Source: Glaucostegus cemiculus
Taxonomy: Eukaryota
NCBI GenBank assembly: GCA_976551045.1
Contig: CDPCPM010000026.1
Span: 10,540,001 to 10,604,000 of the forward strand
Direction of reading: 5' to 3'
Length of the DNA stretch: 64,000 bases
Shown: positions 63,361 to 64,000 of the stretch, piece by piece
Numbering within the stretch: position 1 is the first letter of the stretch
Layout of the letters: the number at the start of each line of letters is the position of its first letter
Notes under the pieces: model-generated
Database searches by the model: none
Told to the model about the DNA's origin: nothing
What the model saw: the letters and a program-made list of their open reading frames with translations, nothing else
Program-made: the position numbers and the translations under genes

Positions 63361-64000
63361 GTTAGTGCTTTAGCTAATAAAAGTATACTTTGAAACATTT
63401 TGATACCATATATTTCAAGCACTGTTTTGCATCTTGTTTTATTTTTTCTTTTGTATTTATGCTGAAAGTTTCACTGTTTACATTGTGAAAAAATTGGAAG
63501 TTGTCAGTACGAGTTAAATGTTGTTATGCTGTTTTAGCTTTCTGGTATTGAAAATAGTGATGTCAAAATTCTGTTTCTATAATCATTAAAATTCTAAGGT
63601 TGTATTACAGTTGCAGAATGTTTTGTGGGTGCCACTTATTTTTGAATTGTTTATGTGCAATAAAGCTTTCTCTATCTATGTTTGCCACTTTGAGTTGCCA
63701 TCTTATGTTTGTTATCACTTTTTTTTCCCTGTTACTGTCACCGCCTGCCATCTTGGCAGCCAGGATTTGTTATTTTTATCGTGGTGTGACAGGAGGTATG
63801 GGTTTACAGGAAAATAAACTAGTCTTTTTATGTATTGGGAGGGATTGTTTTACTGGAAGATAAAACACCATGCTTTACCAAGATGTTCACTGTGCTGCCC
63901 ATATTTTATGCAGAATTGCTAGAATGTTAACAATAAACAACCAGCAAAACACTTTAACATTGCTTTCCAGGTCTTCCCTTGGGAACAATTCCATTTTCAT

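Noticed and set aside
274-63863. The many 60-170 aa ORFs in the track, e.g. 31804-32322, 12733-13149, 8662-9129
   Set aside because: No recognisable domains, composition typical of AT-rich non-coding DNA, and many use alternative starts or lie antisense or out of frame in transposon relics.

Overview
This is AT-rich (roughly 37% GC by eye), CpG-depleted vertebrate non-coding DNA. The repeat content points to a cartilaginous fish (shark or ray): CR1/HER1-type LINEs with short tandem-repeat tails, an HE1-type V-SINE, SacSINE1-type DeuSINEs and Penelope-like elements (PLEs). The only substantial real ORF is a young, 5'-truncated CR1 reverse-transcriptase fragment (46708-47727, - strand). Almost all other listed ORFs are chance ORFs or pieces of decayed transposons. 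Transposon relics cluster at about 7-17 kb, 22-24 kb, 29.6-35 kb and 46.5-63 kb, separated by multi-kb repeat-poor blocks, which fits an intron or regulatory landscape of a large gene. A few weak + strand exon candidates exist (notably near 61-64 kb beside a TGCATG cluster), but no host gene could be identified. The most distinctive signal is a set of PLE termini carrying degenerate minimal hammerhead-ribozyme motifs from two families, plus five short fold-back elements made only of these termini whose symmetry axes fall in or beside the ribozyme. Family names come from motif recognition and memory, not database searches, and boundaries of old repeats are approximate (tens of bp).
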